From the NCBI GenBank assembly GCA_030704615.1, contig CM060733.1:54932001-54996000 (forward strand): a stretch of 64,000 nt of DNA, in the 5' to 3' direction. Both the position numbers and the translations under genes were made by a program. How positions within the stretch are numbered: the stretch's first letter is position 1; each line of letters starts with the position of its first letter. The stretch is from Takakia lepidozioides (taxonomy: Eukaryota > Plantae > Bryophyta). Of this stretch, positions 10,517 to 24,273 are shown piece by piece. The notes under the pieces were generated by a model, which did no database searches, was not told the origin of the DNA, and saw only the letters and a program-made list of their open reading frames with translations.

Positions 10517-11479
10517 ATGGCACGGACATTTCCTGGTAGAGTGGCATCACTATGGTTGGGCCTGTTGCTAGTTGCAATATACTCTCTTGAAGGCGCATCT
10601 GCTTACTGTGTATGGAACGAGGCGACCTATGACATCACAGTACTACAGGTGAGCTTCTGGACCGATTGTCACCTGACAAATTGGAGCTCGAGAGATGGAG
10701 GGTTGCATATGCATCAAACAATCTTTTGCAAGCACAAAGGAGCCTGGAGGAAGACTTCCTAGGAGTTGCAGTAAAAGTGCCCTGGAGAGTCTGCTGTGAA
10801 TTGTTGTTCTACTGTGCAGCTGCTGAATTTTGGAGTTCGCAAGTACAAATCATAGAGCACAGGATAGGTAGTGCATGCATGTTCTTCTGTACACATACAT
10901 ATCGTGTAACTGTTAGAGAATCTTCTCGCCCATTTTGTGCAGCTTCCAGTTACAGACGTTTCCTTCAAAGCGGTGGTACCTCCGGGTGGTCATCAGTGCT
11001 GCGGCTGGCGGCAAGCAGGTTGCAGTCTTGCAAATTCGGAAAGCAACAGCTCTCCACACGCAGATCGATGCTCTACTACACCCCTTGCCTTCTTCAATTA
11101 CAGAATCGAATTGATGGAGGTTGAAGCGGCAGTGTTTCTGTCAGAGTTTGGAAGTCTCTTCAACACCAATGTCTCTTCCATGTTTCCATCGGACAAGCTT
11201 GAAACCTGGATTACAGACTTTGGAGGCGTCCGAGCGCGTGGTAGCTACAATTACCTTGCACCATATGATGCTGCAAGTATCATCCCAAACATCATCGGCT
11301 ACAACTACGTCCCTGACTTTGTAGTGAATGTCATCAACGGGGGCATAGCTGAGCATGATTTTGATGGTACCCATGTGCCAGTTTCTTGTTGGAAAGGAAC
11401 ATGTCGAGGCCAAAACGTGAACATGGATTGGAGCACTGGTCCTCCCCTCCACGTTTGCCCAGGTGGTGCAGGTAATTAA
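10517..11479 (+). CDS. Secreted cysteine-containing protein of unknown function (222 aa, 2 exons)
   Basis: Exon 10517-10648 carries a signal-peptide-like start (MARTFPGRVASLWLGLLLVAIYSLEGASA|YCVWN). A phase-0 GT-AG intron (10649-10942) joins exon 10943-11479, which is open to TAA. Confidence 0.8.
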
Positions 11480-12074
11480 TGAGTGAACTTCTTAGGATTC
11501 CCTACATGTATGTAGTAACAATTCAAACTGAGTTGTATCTACATTTCTGCCATTTTGTTGTAGCATTGTTTGATGCTGAAGGAAGTCTAATCTCCTGCTG
11601 GATGCAACATAATTGGAAGCTTACAACAGGAGCCTACATCTGAATCAATAATGAAGAATTCCTCACAACACCCAATGAGCCATGATTTGAGTCCTTGCAT
11701 GTCATTGGTTATCTAGTCAAAAATAGAAGACACAATGTTTGGTGACTACATCCATCAAGATTGTCACTCTCTTCAGTGAGAATGTTCCAAGGGTGTGCTT
11801 CAGCCTGGTTTTTTCCTTCAAAGTACTTCCAACGATGGCTTAACCTTGTACTGATTCCTTTACATACTAAATATCATCCCAACTTCCAAGTATGCTAGGA
11901 CATGGTTTAGTTAGGTTGTTTCCTGCCTATGCTCTAAAAAAGTTTGAATCCAGATTTTTTTGTTTCGTTGGTGCCTGTGTGGGGGGGATGATGAGGTCTA
12001 AAAAAGATTTTGCTCTGTGCTTATTGGATGGGTGTTATTGTAACTCGGCTCCTCCCCATCTCTATCGCCCTCCC

Positions 12075-13865
12075 TTGTCTAATAATTGTTTGCTGAAAAG
12101 GGGAATTGCATCGATGATGAATTAAGCTATCCTTGCGCTTTGACTGGGGGCCTGAAACAGGCCCCCCGTGAAGACAAGAAACTGTCCAGTATGCTAATCC
12201 TGGCACTGAGATTGCTTCCCCCCCCCCTCCGTTTTTTTTCCAGTTGTTTCAGTCTGATGATAGATCTGTGCTGCTTTTGAGGTTTGAGCAATGGTCAAGG
12301 ATGTCAAAAAAAAGGGTCGACATTGTCCTAAAGGGCTGACATTGTCCTAAAGGGCTGATATTCCTTGTGGAAGCAAAAAACCCTGAGACCTTGTTGCTTC
12401 GCAATAGTTCCTTAATTGGACAATGTATTCTTACATGGTGTTGCCTCTCTCTAGACTGGATTGGTAGATACATACGTGATGTCTGAAGGGAAGTAACCCA
12501 TCCCCGCATTGGTGGATGATACTTTCTGCAGGTTGGTTGAATAGCAGATGAATTGAACAGCCAGGGATGGTAGAAATACGTTTTAAACTATTCAAGCTGG
12601 TCTGATCAGGTGTCTTTGTTTGTCTTTGACACTCCTCACTGAGAACTGCGCAATGTTGCACCTTCTAATAATTGTTTGCCAAAGAGGGGGATTGCATTGA
12701 TGATGAATTAAGCCATCCTTGTGCTTTGACTGGGGATCTTTTCAGCCCCCTTGTGTAGACAAGAAACTGTCCAGTATGCTAATCCCTTCTTTTTCAAGTT
12801 GTTTCAGTCTGATGCTAGGTCTGTGCTGCTTTTGGAAGATTAAGCAATGGTCAAGGATGTCGAAAATTTTGCGTTATCTTTCCGAAAGGTCAGAAATGCC
12901 TTGTGGAAGCAAAAACCCTGAGACCTTGTTACTTCGCAACAGTTCCTTAATTGGACAATGTATTCTAACATGGCCATGCTTCTATCTAGACTCGATTGGT
13001 GGATACACAGGTGATGGCTGAAGGGAAGATTAACCCATCCTGGCATAGGTGGATGTTACTTTCTGCAGGTTGGTTGAACAGCAGATGAATTGAACAGCCA
13101 GGATGCTACAAATACTTTTTAGACTATTCAAGCTGGTTGGCAGGTGTCTTTGTACAGTGAACATCACCACAACCCATGATTTCACCTAAGAGAACGCTCA
13201 CCTTTGACACTCCTCAGAGAGAAGTGCTCAATGTTGCCATCTTGAAAGGCAGTCTACCCTACATGGTTCCCCTCCATTGTTTAATGATTGTTTGCTGAAG
13301 AGGGAGATTGCATCGCTGATGAATTAAGTTATCCTTGCACTTTGACTGGGGATCTTTCAGGCCCCCGGTGGAGACAAGAAACTGTCCAGTATGCTAATCC
13401 TGGCACATGGGCCCCCTTCTTTTTTTTTGTTAAGTTGCTTCAGTCTCATGATAGATCTGCGCTGCTTTTTCCTGATGAAGCAATGGTCAAGGAAGTCGAA
13501 AATTTTGCGTTATCTTTCCGAAAGGGCAGAAACGCCTTGTGGAAGCAGAAACCCTGAGACCTTGTTGCTTGGCAGCAGTTCCTTCATTGGACAATGTGTC
13601 ATAACATGTTTAGACTCAATTGGTGGATACAAGATACATAGGTGATGTCTGAAAGGAAGATTAACCCATCCCCGCATTGGGTGGGTTTCTGCAGGTTGGT
13701 TGAACAGCAGTTGAAGTAACCAGCCAGGATGCTAGAATTACCTTTTAGACTATTGAAGCTGGGTTGATCAGGTGTCTTTGCACAGTGAACATCACCTCAA
13801 TCCACGATCTCACCTAACCATTGACACCCGTCACAGCGAAGTGCTCGATGTTGTGTCTTGAAAGG
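12075..13865. repeat. Three diverged tandem copies of a ~600-bp unit
   Basis: Units start at ~12076, ~12663 and ~13278. Shared blocks include gacaagaaactgtccagtatgctaatcc and ccctgagaccttgtt. Confidence 0.9.
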
Positions 13866-15909
13866 CCGTTTACATGATCCTTGCTTCTTGTGAGCCATGT
13901 TAGCGGCATCAATGTAGGAGCTCATAAATGTTGTCAGTTGGGTGACTGAACACATCAGGGGGTGCAAATCTTGTCAGTTGGGTGAACTGTTCACGTGTAT
14001 CAAATCCTCTTGACCCACGCGAATCAATTGGAGGGCTGTTATTGTTGGCCTGGCACCTCAGGCAAAAGAAAGTGCATTTCAAAGTTGATGGGCCTTTGAA
14101 GTCAGCAAGCTTGCGGGACAAGACTGGGAAATAGTTATGATCGACCTAGGTCATCAATTTTTCTTCAGAGTTGCCCTTTGAACCTTTTCCTTGAACTCCA
14201 CCTGTATGTTTGAGGTGCCCAGGGTACCGGACAAAGGAAATTTTTGTTCTAATCACATAGCTTAGTCCCCTGATCTTCAGTTCGTAATCGCAGTTCATAT
14301 TATGCCGAGTGGATGTTGAGTGAAATACTACAAGTCCATGTACTGAAATGCAACATACATGTGAGCAGGTTGCCAAAGGTTCCCATCCATCTGACCAGCC
14401 TTATGTGCCCATCAGAGACTTGGGTTTGGCTGTTCGTGTCTATTCTGGCATTGCCACCAACCTAGACCCAACCCAATCCTGGTCCTAACAATCCTTCACA
14501 CTCCCTGAAAACTGTTATGAGAGCTACTCAGAAGAGGCCTGCCACTAATGAAACCTTATTCCTTCTCATGAGGTATCAATATTGTTGTAAACTTACGAAT
14601 CATACAATATGCTTGTTTCTCACTTAGTTGACCTTGCTCCAACATCCATATGGTTGGATTCACCTGGCTATGTTCATGCCCCTACAGAAGAAACATTGTA
14701 CTGACTACCAACCTGAGGGTGAGGGGTAGGAAAGAGGGCAAGGATGTGAAGATTTAGTACTTGGCGGGTGTCACCCCCCAGACATAAGAAGCTCAGTTGT
14801 CACCATTCCTGGCTGTGGCCACCCAGACCCACAGGGCAACTAATGTTAATCCAGCCGAGATGTATCCATTGACTCAGCCATTTCAGCCACTTTAGTGATT
14901 CCGTGTGTCTAGGATTTTAATCGTGATGGTAGATTCTTGTATGCCAAGGCCTGGCAACACTTCTGAATATATTCAGCAACCATAGTCAGAGTCTTTGCAT
15001 TTTGATAAAAGCTATGAAGCCTCTCCCACCAGTTCAAAAAATGGAGTAAAGGATATGTACTGAAATATCCATCCATTGACAGCTTGTCAGTCTTTATTTA
15101 TACACTAAATCAGGTCCCCACAACTGCTAGAAGAACTCTTGTTGACTCCTTTTGGTTGTCTTTCAAAATCCGTGGTGATGGTGGAGGAACTACCCCTGCT
15201 GCAAGTCTGAAATTCAACAAATAACTGTGCCTGTTCGACCCTGCCATCCTGCCTTACTCAAAACTGCTAGTTATTACAAACCTTTACACTCAAACTTACA
15301 CAATTTATCTTTAAGTTCCTAAATGCTATGAAGAAGCTCCAGGGATAATACAAACGAGTGCGGAGAAGGAAAGAAGGAGCGATGCAACCTGAGACAGGAA
15401 ACCACAAAAGGCTGGAGCGCGCCAGAAGGGGGGGAAACCCAAGGGGATCAAAAAGGGGAGGGACCGGCAGCAACCACGAACGTAACCACGCCGACCACCA
15501 GTGAAGAGGAGCATGAATAGGAGCACAGTGAAGGGGAAAAACTGAGCGGGCAAGGCGAGAAGTGATAATCCACATCAAGGAAGTCATCAAGAGATGGGGA
15601 AAACAAGATCCCGAAAAAGAACGGAGACCTCGAAGGTCGTGAGCTCACAGAATGTGACAGAGAGGAGTGAATGGGCCAGGAGACAGCAGTGAGAGAGAAC
15701 AGAGAACTGCGGCTGGAGCCCAACACACACTCGGCGAAAAACGGCTAAGTCCCAAGTTAGCCTCTCCCTTGGATTGTGAAAAGGAGAGCCAATATTTGTT
15801 TTAAGAGAAAAAAGAATCTCTCTTTTTTTTCCTTTTCTTTTTTAGAGAAGGGGATAGGCCCATTTTATTGAATCAGTATTGACCCTTTTCTTCCTTGTTA
15901 TTGAATCAG

Positions 15910-16766
15910 TACCCCATGGTAGATTGTGAGCAATAACGGTATCTAGAGGCCAACTCAAGTCTATCCACCTTAGGATTTGGATACCCATATATCTCTATAT
16001 GGGTATCCAATGCAAAAAAAAACTCGTGAACTAGCAAATCCATGATAACATTGTTAAAGATTATAACATTTGATCAAAGACAATCTTTGCGGCTATGATG
16101 GCCTAATCTCTTGAGCACGATGATTCTCCCTTACCGATGAATTACGAGCTGTAATGAGTTAAGTATTAGAGTTGTTGAGATGATGGTTGCATGTTACGAT
16201 AGCCATATTCTTGGTTTTTATGACTGTTGATCACTAAGGCAACTAGAATTTGATGATATATCATTGAGTATGTTGCGTCAAGACACCTAGGTAGTAGTTA
16301 CCAAACAACCATCTGGATTTTGTAAAAGAGGTCCAACGGATGGACAAGTGGACATGTCATTTTATGTTTATCGGTGTGTACAATGAGGGTGTTGGACGGA
16401 TGTTGTAGAAGATGAACATAAAAGGCTTGTAAACTATGTGTTGTGAATTTCTTGTGTGATGATGTTTGATCAATTCCGTGTGAATGTTTTTGAAGGTGTT
16501 AGTCTACATTTAGTACCCTAGTCCGAGACTCTTTCTGAGTTTACAATTCGTTCAATCATTTAGATGAGGCCTAGAAGATGAGAATTTGATCAAGTTTAGT
16601 TTTTGTACGATTTTATGAGTTTCTCATCCCATTGTGCTGAGGCTCGAGGTCCGGGTGACGTGGGTCTCAACATCTTCGAAACAAAGGTATTATGTCGATC
16701 ATTTGGGCATGAATCGTCAAGGATTTTGCTGGGATTTGAGCTGCAATTGTCAACGGAAGAAATTGA
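15910..16766 (+). repeat. Left arm of a long diverged inverted repeat pair (partner 19640-20385)
   Basis: 15910-16590 aligns with the reverse complement of 19670-20385. The match resumes at 16738-16765 (gagctgcaattgt..gaagaaat). Confidence 0.85.
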
Positions 16767-16767
16767 G

Positions 16768-17542
16768 ATGGCCTTAGCTGGTATAATACTACCCTTTGGA
16801 CTGGCGGTTATTGTTTCTTATGTTATTTTCAAAGTCTTGAAGCTGCATTCAAATTTCGGTTCGTTTACGATATTCATTGGTGGCGCTCTTTCCATTACCG
16901 CCTGCCCTGTGCTTGCCCGAATCCTAGCTAAGCAGAAACTTCTAACTACTGAGGTGGGTTTTCTCTCGTGACTCAAATATTAGAGAAATTGATCATGATC
17001 CATTGTAATTGGACAATGCTTGAGAGTAAACTGACATGTTCGAGGGTCTACATGACAAATTTGGGAAGAAGAAAAACAACAACACAACAACCAACATTCA
17101 CAAGGGAAATGTTAGCCAAAAACTAAAACCTTGGACCCACAAAAATATTGACAGTTCGATTTGAGTTCCTCCTCTCGCATCCGAAGGAAAAGATGTGCTG
17201 AAAATTGCAGATCGACGAGATAGTCATGTCGGCAGCAGCCGAAAACGACATTGTGGCGTGGATATCCTTAGCCCTCGCAGTCACCATACCAAATGTTGGA
17301 TCATCGCCTATATTGGCCTTATGGGTTCTTGTACTGGGGATTGTTTTTCTAGCTCTAATGCCATCTATTAGTTCACCCCATTGCATTTGTCTAGGAGGAG
17401 CCAATTCCAGAGCCCATAATCGCTTTTACACTTGTGTTAGTTTTGACAGCAGCTAATTTACTTTCTGATCTTATTGGAATTCACGTCATTTTGGGGGCAT
17501 TCATCCGCAGGCTCATCATTCCCAAAGAGGGTCCATTTGTAG
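16768..17542 (+). pseudogene. CHX: Cation/H+ exchanger (CHX, CPA2 family) internal gene fragment
   Basis: ALAGIILPFG..ALSITACPVLARILAKQKLLTTE, intron ~16954-17210, MSAAAENDIVAWISLALAV..DLIGIHVILGAF..LIIPKEGPF. Frameshifted, with both ends missing. Confidence 0.85.
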
Positions 17543-19639
17543 GTTAGTCTTTCTCCAACATCAACTTTCTTTCCTTCATTATCTTGATGTCTACTGTGTT
17601 GACACACAATTGACTATATCGAATTTCTCTATCTCGCTCCTGGATCCGTCACAGTCCATCTGGTCCACATATCCCCCACGAGCCACAACCTGCAGCACCA
17701 CACACATCTGCCTGCATCAATCCCTCCTTACTGCAATTTCTCCACATATCCCCGACGAGCCACAATCTGCAGCACCATTGTTTCTGCAGAACGAAGAGAA
17801 GGAGAAGCTATGGTACCAAGCGGGAATACTAGAATTTTTGAAGTAGTCGTCCAATTTCGACTATTGTCAGTGCCGGAAAATTATTAAAATATTAAAAAAT
17901 ACTCCGACTATAGTCAGCCACAAGGTCGGCCGGCTCAGCCGGACCACGGTAATAGAAAACGGGCCTATTTCCGCGGTAGCCGCTTTCCATCCGTCCGAGC
18001 ATTATTATGTTATAATCGGCACCGACTACCATTGTCTAATAGCACTGTTGTGCTATAATCGGCACCGACTACTCAGGTTCGGTAACTACCGAACCCATAT
18101 TTTCTGATCCGAATCTAAGGTCGAAACCAATGATGATGGAGAACTTGGAATTTTTTTTACCGGAAAAGCAATCCAAAACTACCTCCACAAGGGATAAATT
18201 TGGCAAAAAATCCATAAAATATGTTCTGCTCATGCTGCTCATGCTCATGCTTAATCCCGCTCACTGTCATGCAACATCCGCACCTGGTTGATATTGAGGC
18301 ATCAACCAACATACATTGCGACCCTACTCGATTCTGGTTGGGGTTTGGCTCGGGTTTGTTTAATTTTGATGTTATACTTGCAGAGTCTACAGTCGGATCC
18401 TCATCTCTAGGCAATATGCCGCTAGGCCAATCTCCGCGGCGTATTGTACCACCATGGTCATCCTAGCCTCAAGCACAGACAACGGACAGGGCTATTATAG
18501 TCTGGCCTCCACGTGGGAGCTAACTCCGGGGTGAACTAGTTCGAGAAATTGGAAAAGTGCTCATGCTTCACTTGATAAAGATACGTATGCTTTGGGCATA
18601 CATGTCTTAGATTTTGGTGCTCTAGGAGATGTTGATGCATATTCTACGTGCATGTTACCTACTGTTTTGTAGGAATTTTTGAGCAATTTTTTTTCGGATT
18701 CTGTGGTAGCAACTGTTTTGAGGATCCATCAAGACCTACAAGACTGAGCCTTTGGCCTGGAGTACTTTGTTCGAGGGGGTTTTGATGTAGTGGGCTTGAG
18801 GGTTGTAGGAGATGTGCAGGCGGCACTCTATGACTATTCTTATAAATCGCAAAGCTGGTGGGCCGTCAGCTGAAAGGAGTCAGCATGAATTGCACACTCG
18901 GGGGGGGGGGGGGGACATCGTCATATTCGGATGCTCTTCGCTCTACAAAAAGACCCAAGGCCAAGTCACAATCGACCAGGCAAATGGCAATTATGGAAGA
19001 GTCGGTGAGGGAAAAGTGTACTTTAGTGATGAAGTACAGGTGTTGGATGTACATCCTCCGGCGTTTGTATTATCAAATGAATTGTATGTAGCCTAAATGT
19101 ACCCATGATCTGTTGTCAATTTCAGCCCTACAGATGCTTCAATGGGCCTTGCGCTTCCGTTGTGAAACGATGTGCTACTATTGATAGGATTTTGTGATCT
19201 CGATGAAGTTTGTGTTGCACTTTATTTTACTCTCGATAGCAAATTTCTAGAGGAAAAGGAAAATTTGTATGAGATGAGCACTACCACCAATTATCATTTG
19301 AATACTAGTGCCACCATTTATCAATTGCATAGAGAGTTTGGAGATTCATTTGGTGGAAAAAGCCGAGATATTCTGAATTAGCAGCTTGTCACTCCCGATT
19401 TCAACCATTCATATATCTAGACGAGGGTGAACTATTGCATGCCCTTGAGATAAGTTTTTGTGGAAACTTACTCGTCCACATGATCAAGTCCCAATATTTT
19501 CATTGCCAATTTTTTGTAAATGGCTTATGCTCCTATAGATCTGCTTGACAAAGTACGTCTAACAAAAGCACCACTATCCATCTTAAAATTGTGTGTGCAT
19601 TTTATGTTTAACATTATTTCCTCAAGACTTTTCCCCTAC

Positions 19640-20385
19640 ATTTCTTCTGCTAACAATTGCAGCTCTCAACAAATTATCATCTTCTAGGCCTCATCTTAAA
19701 GAGTGAACAAATTGTAAACTCGCAAAAACAACCCTCAAGAGTCTGGGACATGGGTACTAAATGTAGACTGACACCTTCAAAAACATTCAGACGAAGTTGA
19801 TTAGACAACATCACACAAGAAATTCACAACACATAACTTAGCATACCCTAAAGCCTTTTATGTATTAGAACTCCTACAACAAACGTCCAACACCCTCATT
19901 GTACATACCGATGAACATAAAAAAAAGCATGACCATTTGTCCATTCCTCGGTCTTCTTTCACCAAAGCTAGAAGGTTGTCTGGTCACTACCAGCCGTCAG
20001 GTGTCTAGGCGCAATGGGCTCAACGATACGTCATCAAATCCTAGTTGCCTTAGAGATCAATAGTTTTCATGATGAGAATCAAGAGTATGGCTCTCGTAGC
20101 ATGTAACCGTCATCTCAACAACTCTAATCCTTAACTCACTACGGTTTATAATTTATCTGTAAGGGATAATCACTGTGGCGAAGAGATTGGGCCCTCACAA
20201 CAGCTAGCTGCAAAGATCGTCTTTGATTGAATGTTATAATCTTAACAATGCTACAATGGATTTGCTTCATGAGTTTTGTTTCGCATTGGCTACCCATGGT
20301 AGATATATGGGTATCCAAACCATAGAGTGGGTAGACTTGAATTTACCTCTAGATGCTATTATGACTCATAATCTACCATGGGGGA
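19640..20385 (-). repeat. Right arm of the long inverted repeat pair
   Basis: Reverse complement of 15910-16766 with many substitutions. Confidence 0.85.
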
Positions 20386-20524
20386 CTACTTCCATTGAGG
20401 TTTTCAAATCCCATGTCCCGCCTCCCATTTCTTTTAGGACTTTAGGGGTTACCAATTTTTTAATTTCCTTGATTACATAGCTTCCAAGATCTTGTCGAGA
20501 CCATCCCATGTTTGGTGATATCAA

Positions 20525-20770
20525 TGTTTTTTGTTTTTTGTTTTTTCTATTTAATTTAAAATTAATGGAAACTACTAGGAGCGACAGCACACAAATCAGA
20601 CCCCTTACTTATAGTGGGAGGAAAAAATAACCTCTTTCAGAGTGACCTCGCTGTGAAGGCTTTCGCATGGGACACTGCCCAAGGGAAGGGGGAGAAGACA
20701 TACCACAACCATCAAGGTAGGAGGATTTGACCCCAGAATCATTTGGGTGGCACTGAGTGCACTATCAAGT
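20525..20770 (-). mobile_element. Degenerate tRNA-derived SINE, same family as 27485-27777
   Basis: Shares ttatagtg.gagga.aaaataacctc and gcccaagggaaggggga with the 27.5 kb copy; A-rich tail on the minus strand. Confidence 0.5.
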
Positions 20771-21595
20771 ACTGTTGGTCAATGTTAAGAGTTGATATTT
20801 CCATACATAAAAACACTATGCCATTGTAAACATGGATCATAATTCCATCATGACCACCAATTTTGAACTAGCTGCCAAGTTCTCAAAACTGATGTTTTCA
20901 AGTTTTATTGCAAACTCCTATTTGTGGTAGCTAGTTGCAACCCGCTATGCTATTTTGGATAGTTCAATGTCAAAACATAACTCAAAATGTGACCAAACAT
21001 TGAGTTCATGATGGACGAGGTGGTCCAACATTTGTGACATCCCTATATTATGTGTTTGGACTAACGTTCAGAAATATGATTTAAAAAATATATATAATTT
21101 AATCAATTAATACAAATTTAAATAATATGGTGGCAATAAAGAAATATCAAATAATCATAAGGCAGCCTACTAAGAATTAAAAATAATATTTTTTTTAAAT
21201 GTTAATTGATATATGTGGTGGTCTTAAACTGCCAAATAACGTCACTGTCATGAAGTTTAACCTCAACAATTTCATGCAACAATTGACGCTACACTCATGT
21301 GTTCAGAAGTAGATAAATATATTTTTGAAAAATATTGTGAGTATCGTATAATTTGGTATTTGATTTCATACATGTGTCAACCATACATATATCATTTCAT
21401 GAAAAAGGATGAGGACAACAGATAGGGTAGAAGCACCCATTGCGGTGCAAACCCCTTCTTTGCTGTTGAGTAGCTATTAGTTCTAAGTCATACGAGCATT
21501 AGATTAGGATCAGAGATGCACGTAAAATGGCCCCAATGCGCACCCACCATGGCTCACAAAGACTCTATTGGTGGCTCGTTGTTAAATGCACTCTG

Positions 21596-22025
21596 CAGCC
21601 TCTATGTAACACAATAAACAGATCATGATAGACCACCATAGGATCACATTTGGGAGTCTCCAATCTGAAACTACACCATGATAAGATCATATCACTTTCT
21701 TGCTAGAAACAAAAAAATTCATATCTCCACCATGAAAGTTGTACAAAATTACTAAGTTGGGACCTGCATAGCTCAAAGATGATCGGAATTCAGCCTCTAC
21801 GTAAGATACATAAACAAATATGTGGGGTCATCTTGACAACTAATAGGCCACCACATGATTAAATTTAGGAGTGTCCAGACTCCATAGTCCAATCTCTAAC
21901 TACACCATGACAAGATCACATCACCTCCTTGCTAGAAAAAAAAAAAATTATATCTCCACCATGAAAGTTGTACAAAATTACTAAGTTGGGACCTACATAG
22001 CTCAAAGGTGCTCATAATTCAACTC
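21596..22025. repeat. Subterminal tandem duplication (~195 and ~235 bp) inside the pogo element
   Basis: tatctccaccatgaaagttgtacaaaattactaagttgggacct occurs at ~21722 and ~21951. Confidence 0.85.
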
Positions 22026-22628
22026 TGCAAATCTTTATTGTAAGACTTGCCGCTCTCATCTTTCAATTTGCAAACTTGTCGTTAATCTGTCAAATTTCAG
22101 AGTCCTTAAATAACATTAATGACATCTTTCACGTGGATCAAGCACAAGCTGAAACTGTAGCCACCATTCGATAGACAAACAGCTCATGTAAGTCGTTAAT
22201 TAACAACATGGCTTGTTCACATATCTACAGAAGCAAATCAATGAGACAGTTGGCTTCCATCTGTTTGTTATGCAATATTGTCATCTGTCTCTGTAGAAGC
22301 ACCATATGTTTTTTGCTATTGTGAAGATTGCTACAGTGAGAGACATATGTACAGAAGGTGCCGGCCTGCTACAACACATTGTACTTGCAAGCTTGATGTT
22401 AAACGACAACTATCTATCATTCATGCACTTAGGAATCGCGCTTTGCACTATAGATGCAAGAAGCCACATATATTTCCAGCATATTGGTGCATTTATCGAC
22501 ATCAAAATGAGGAGGAAGACAACATTGTAGCGGCAAATATGTGAGCTTACGTTGTAGGAGAGTACATATGGAGATTGAATCTAGTTGAATCTAGTTGAAA
22601 ATATTAAGAGAATAATATAGTATTTATA

Positions 22629-24273
22629 ATGGCATTGCCCCGTAGCAGTAGACGCACAGGACCTACATCGAGTAGAAGAAGTCATGCCGAACCTCCATAT
22701 GTGCAACTACCGGCAGCAGCACAAAAATCAAAAGGAAAGAGAAACAAACGAATTCCACCTGCATCTTCCAACGAGCCTGATCCACTATCGATACCATCTA
22801 CCGGCATCCTCCAGCCCGTTCCACTATCTCCACCACCTACAAGCAGCGTGCAGTTTAATCTTCCTACCAGCAGTACACGCAAGCTACAATGTAGATTGAT
22901 TACAAAGATGGTGTGGACAAAAGAGCAAATGGCTAAAGTGGTTTATGCTCTCGATGATGGCTGGATAAGTTCAACTCGGGAAGTTGCACGATAGTTCCAC
23001 CTCCCTCCATCTAGCATTCGAAGATGGTTAAATGGTATGCATATTTTGTCTATGCTACTTTTGTACGTGCTTAATTTACAATTCTATGCTACATCTCTAA
23101 CAAATTTCTAACGCGTTTTGCACGTGTCACAACCACCAAACAGTCTGGTTCAACAATTGTGTTAACTGCAGATGAAGAGAGCGAATTGGTTAGTTGGATC
23201 ATAGATGCACAAAATGCTAGAAAATGTGTAAATTTGCCGATGTTACGTGTTAGAGTGAAAACGTTGATTTCTTATCGACCAAATCCATTCTCGAATGGAA
23301 ATCCTTGGAGAAGTTGGTAGGCTACATTTAGAAAACGTCATCCAGAGATCGTTGAAAGAACTGCCGAGGGTCTGGAGAGAGCTTGTGCAGCAAACGTCAG
23401 TGCACGCATTGTTCATCCTTTCTATGAATATCTAAGAGAGATTTATCAAAAAACAACAGTATAAAGCACGTCAAGTGTGAAATTGTGACGAGAGTGGTAT
23501 CCAAGCTGGTAGAACATTGGGCATGGGTGTACTGGCCAAAAAAAAGAGCAGAGATGTTTATGGTGTGTTGTCTGCCTCAAGATAGTGGGTTACTGTTTTG
23601 TCTTGTGTAAATGCTGCTAGGGCAAGCAATTCCCAATTTTTATGTGTTCAAAGGCAAAACAAGATTTCCTCGAATAAACTCCATCGCAGGATGTGAGATG
23701 AGCGCAGCCATGGCTCTTCAGAAGAAAGCATGGATGACTGCAGAGTTGTTTGCTAATTGGTTGATACATTTCAAGAGAATGTGTCAGGTGGGATTTCGCT
23801 ATCAAATCGACACTTGTTGATACTTGACAACCATGGCTCTCCACATTTCTGAGCAGACAATCATCACGGCAGCAGCTATGGGTCTCGACATCTTAACCAT
23901 TCCAGCACATACATCGCATAAGTTGCAGCCGTTAGATGTTTCATGCTTTGGACCTTTTAAACATTATTTAAAAGTAGAACGAAGCTTGTTCATGATGGAA
24001 CATGGAGGCGAAGTTGACAAAGAGCACTTGGCCCAATTGGCATGCAAGGCGTTGAGACAATCGCTCACTCCATCAAATATCATCTCTGATTTTCGAAAGA
24101 CTAGAATTTGGCCATTGGAGTGTATAGCTATGGATGACAACTTTGGGCCCAGCGTCGACTTGGATGTTACGGTAGAATTACTACCGCTGAGAAAAACTAC
24201 CGATTTCACACATGAGAGTGGTCAGATAGATGGACATGAGCTGAACATACAAACACCAATTGTGCCAGCATGA
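22629..24273 (+). pseudogene. pogo/CENP-B-like DDE transposase (psq-like HTH, CENPB HTH, DDE_1), disrupted
   Basis: WTKEQMAKVV..SSTREVAR; LTADEESELVSWI..FRKRHP; NCDESG; KAWMTAELFANWL; LLILDNHGSH; PAHTSHKLQPLDVSCFGPFK. Contains stops and frameshifts. Confidence 0.9.

Noticed and set aside
12075-13865. C/D-box snoRNA cluster (TGATGA in each unit)
   Set aside because: A matching D box and terminal stem are not conserved across the three units, and I recognised no convincing rRNA guide.
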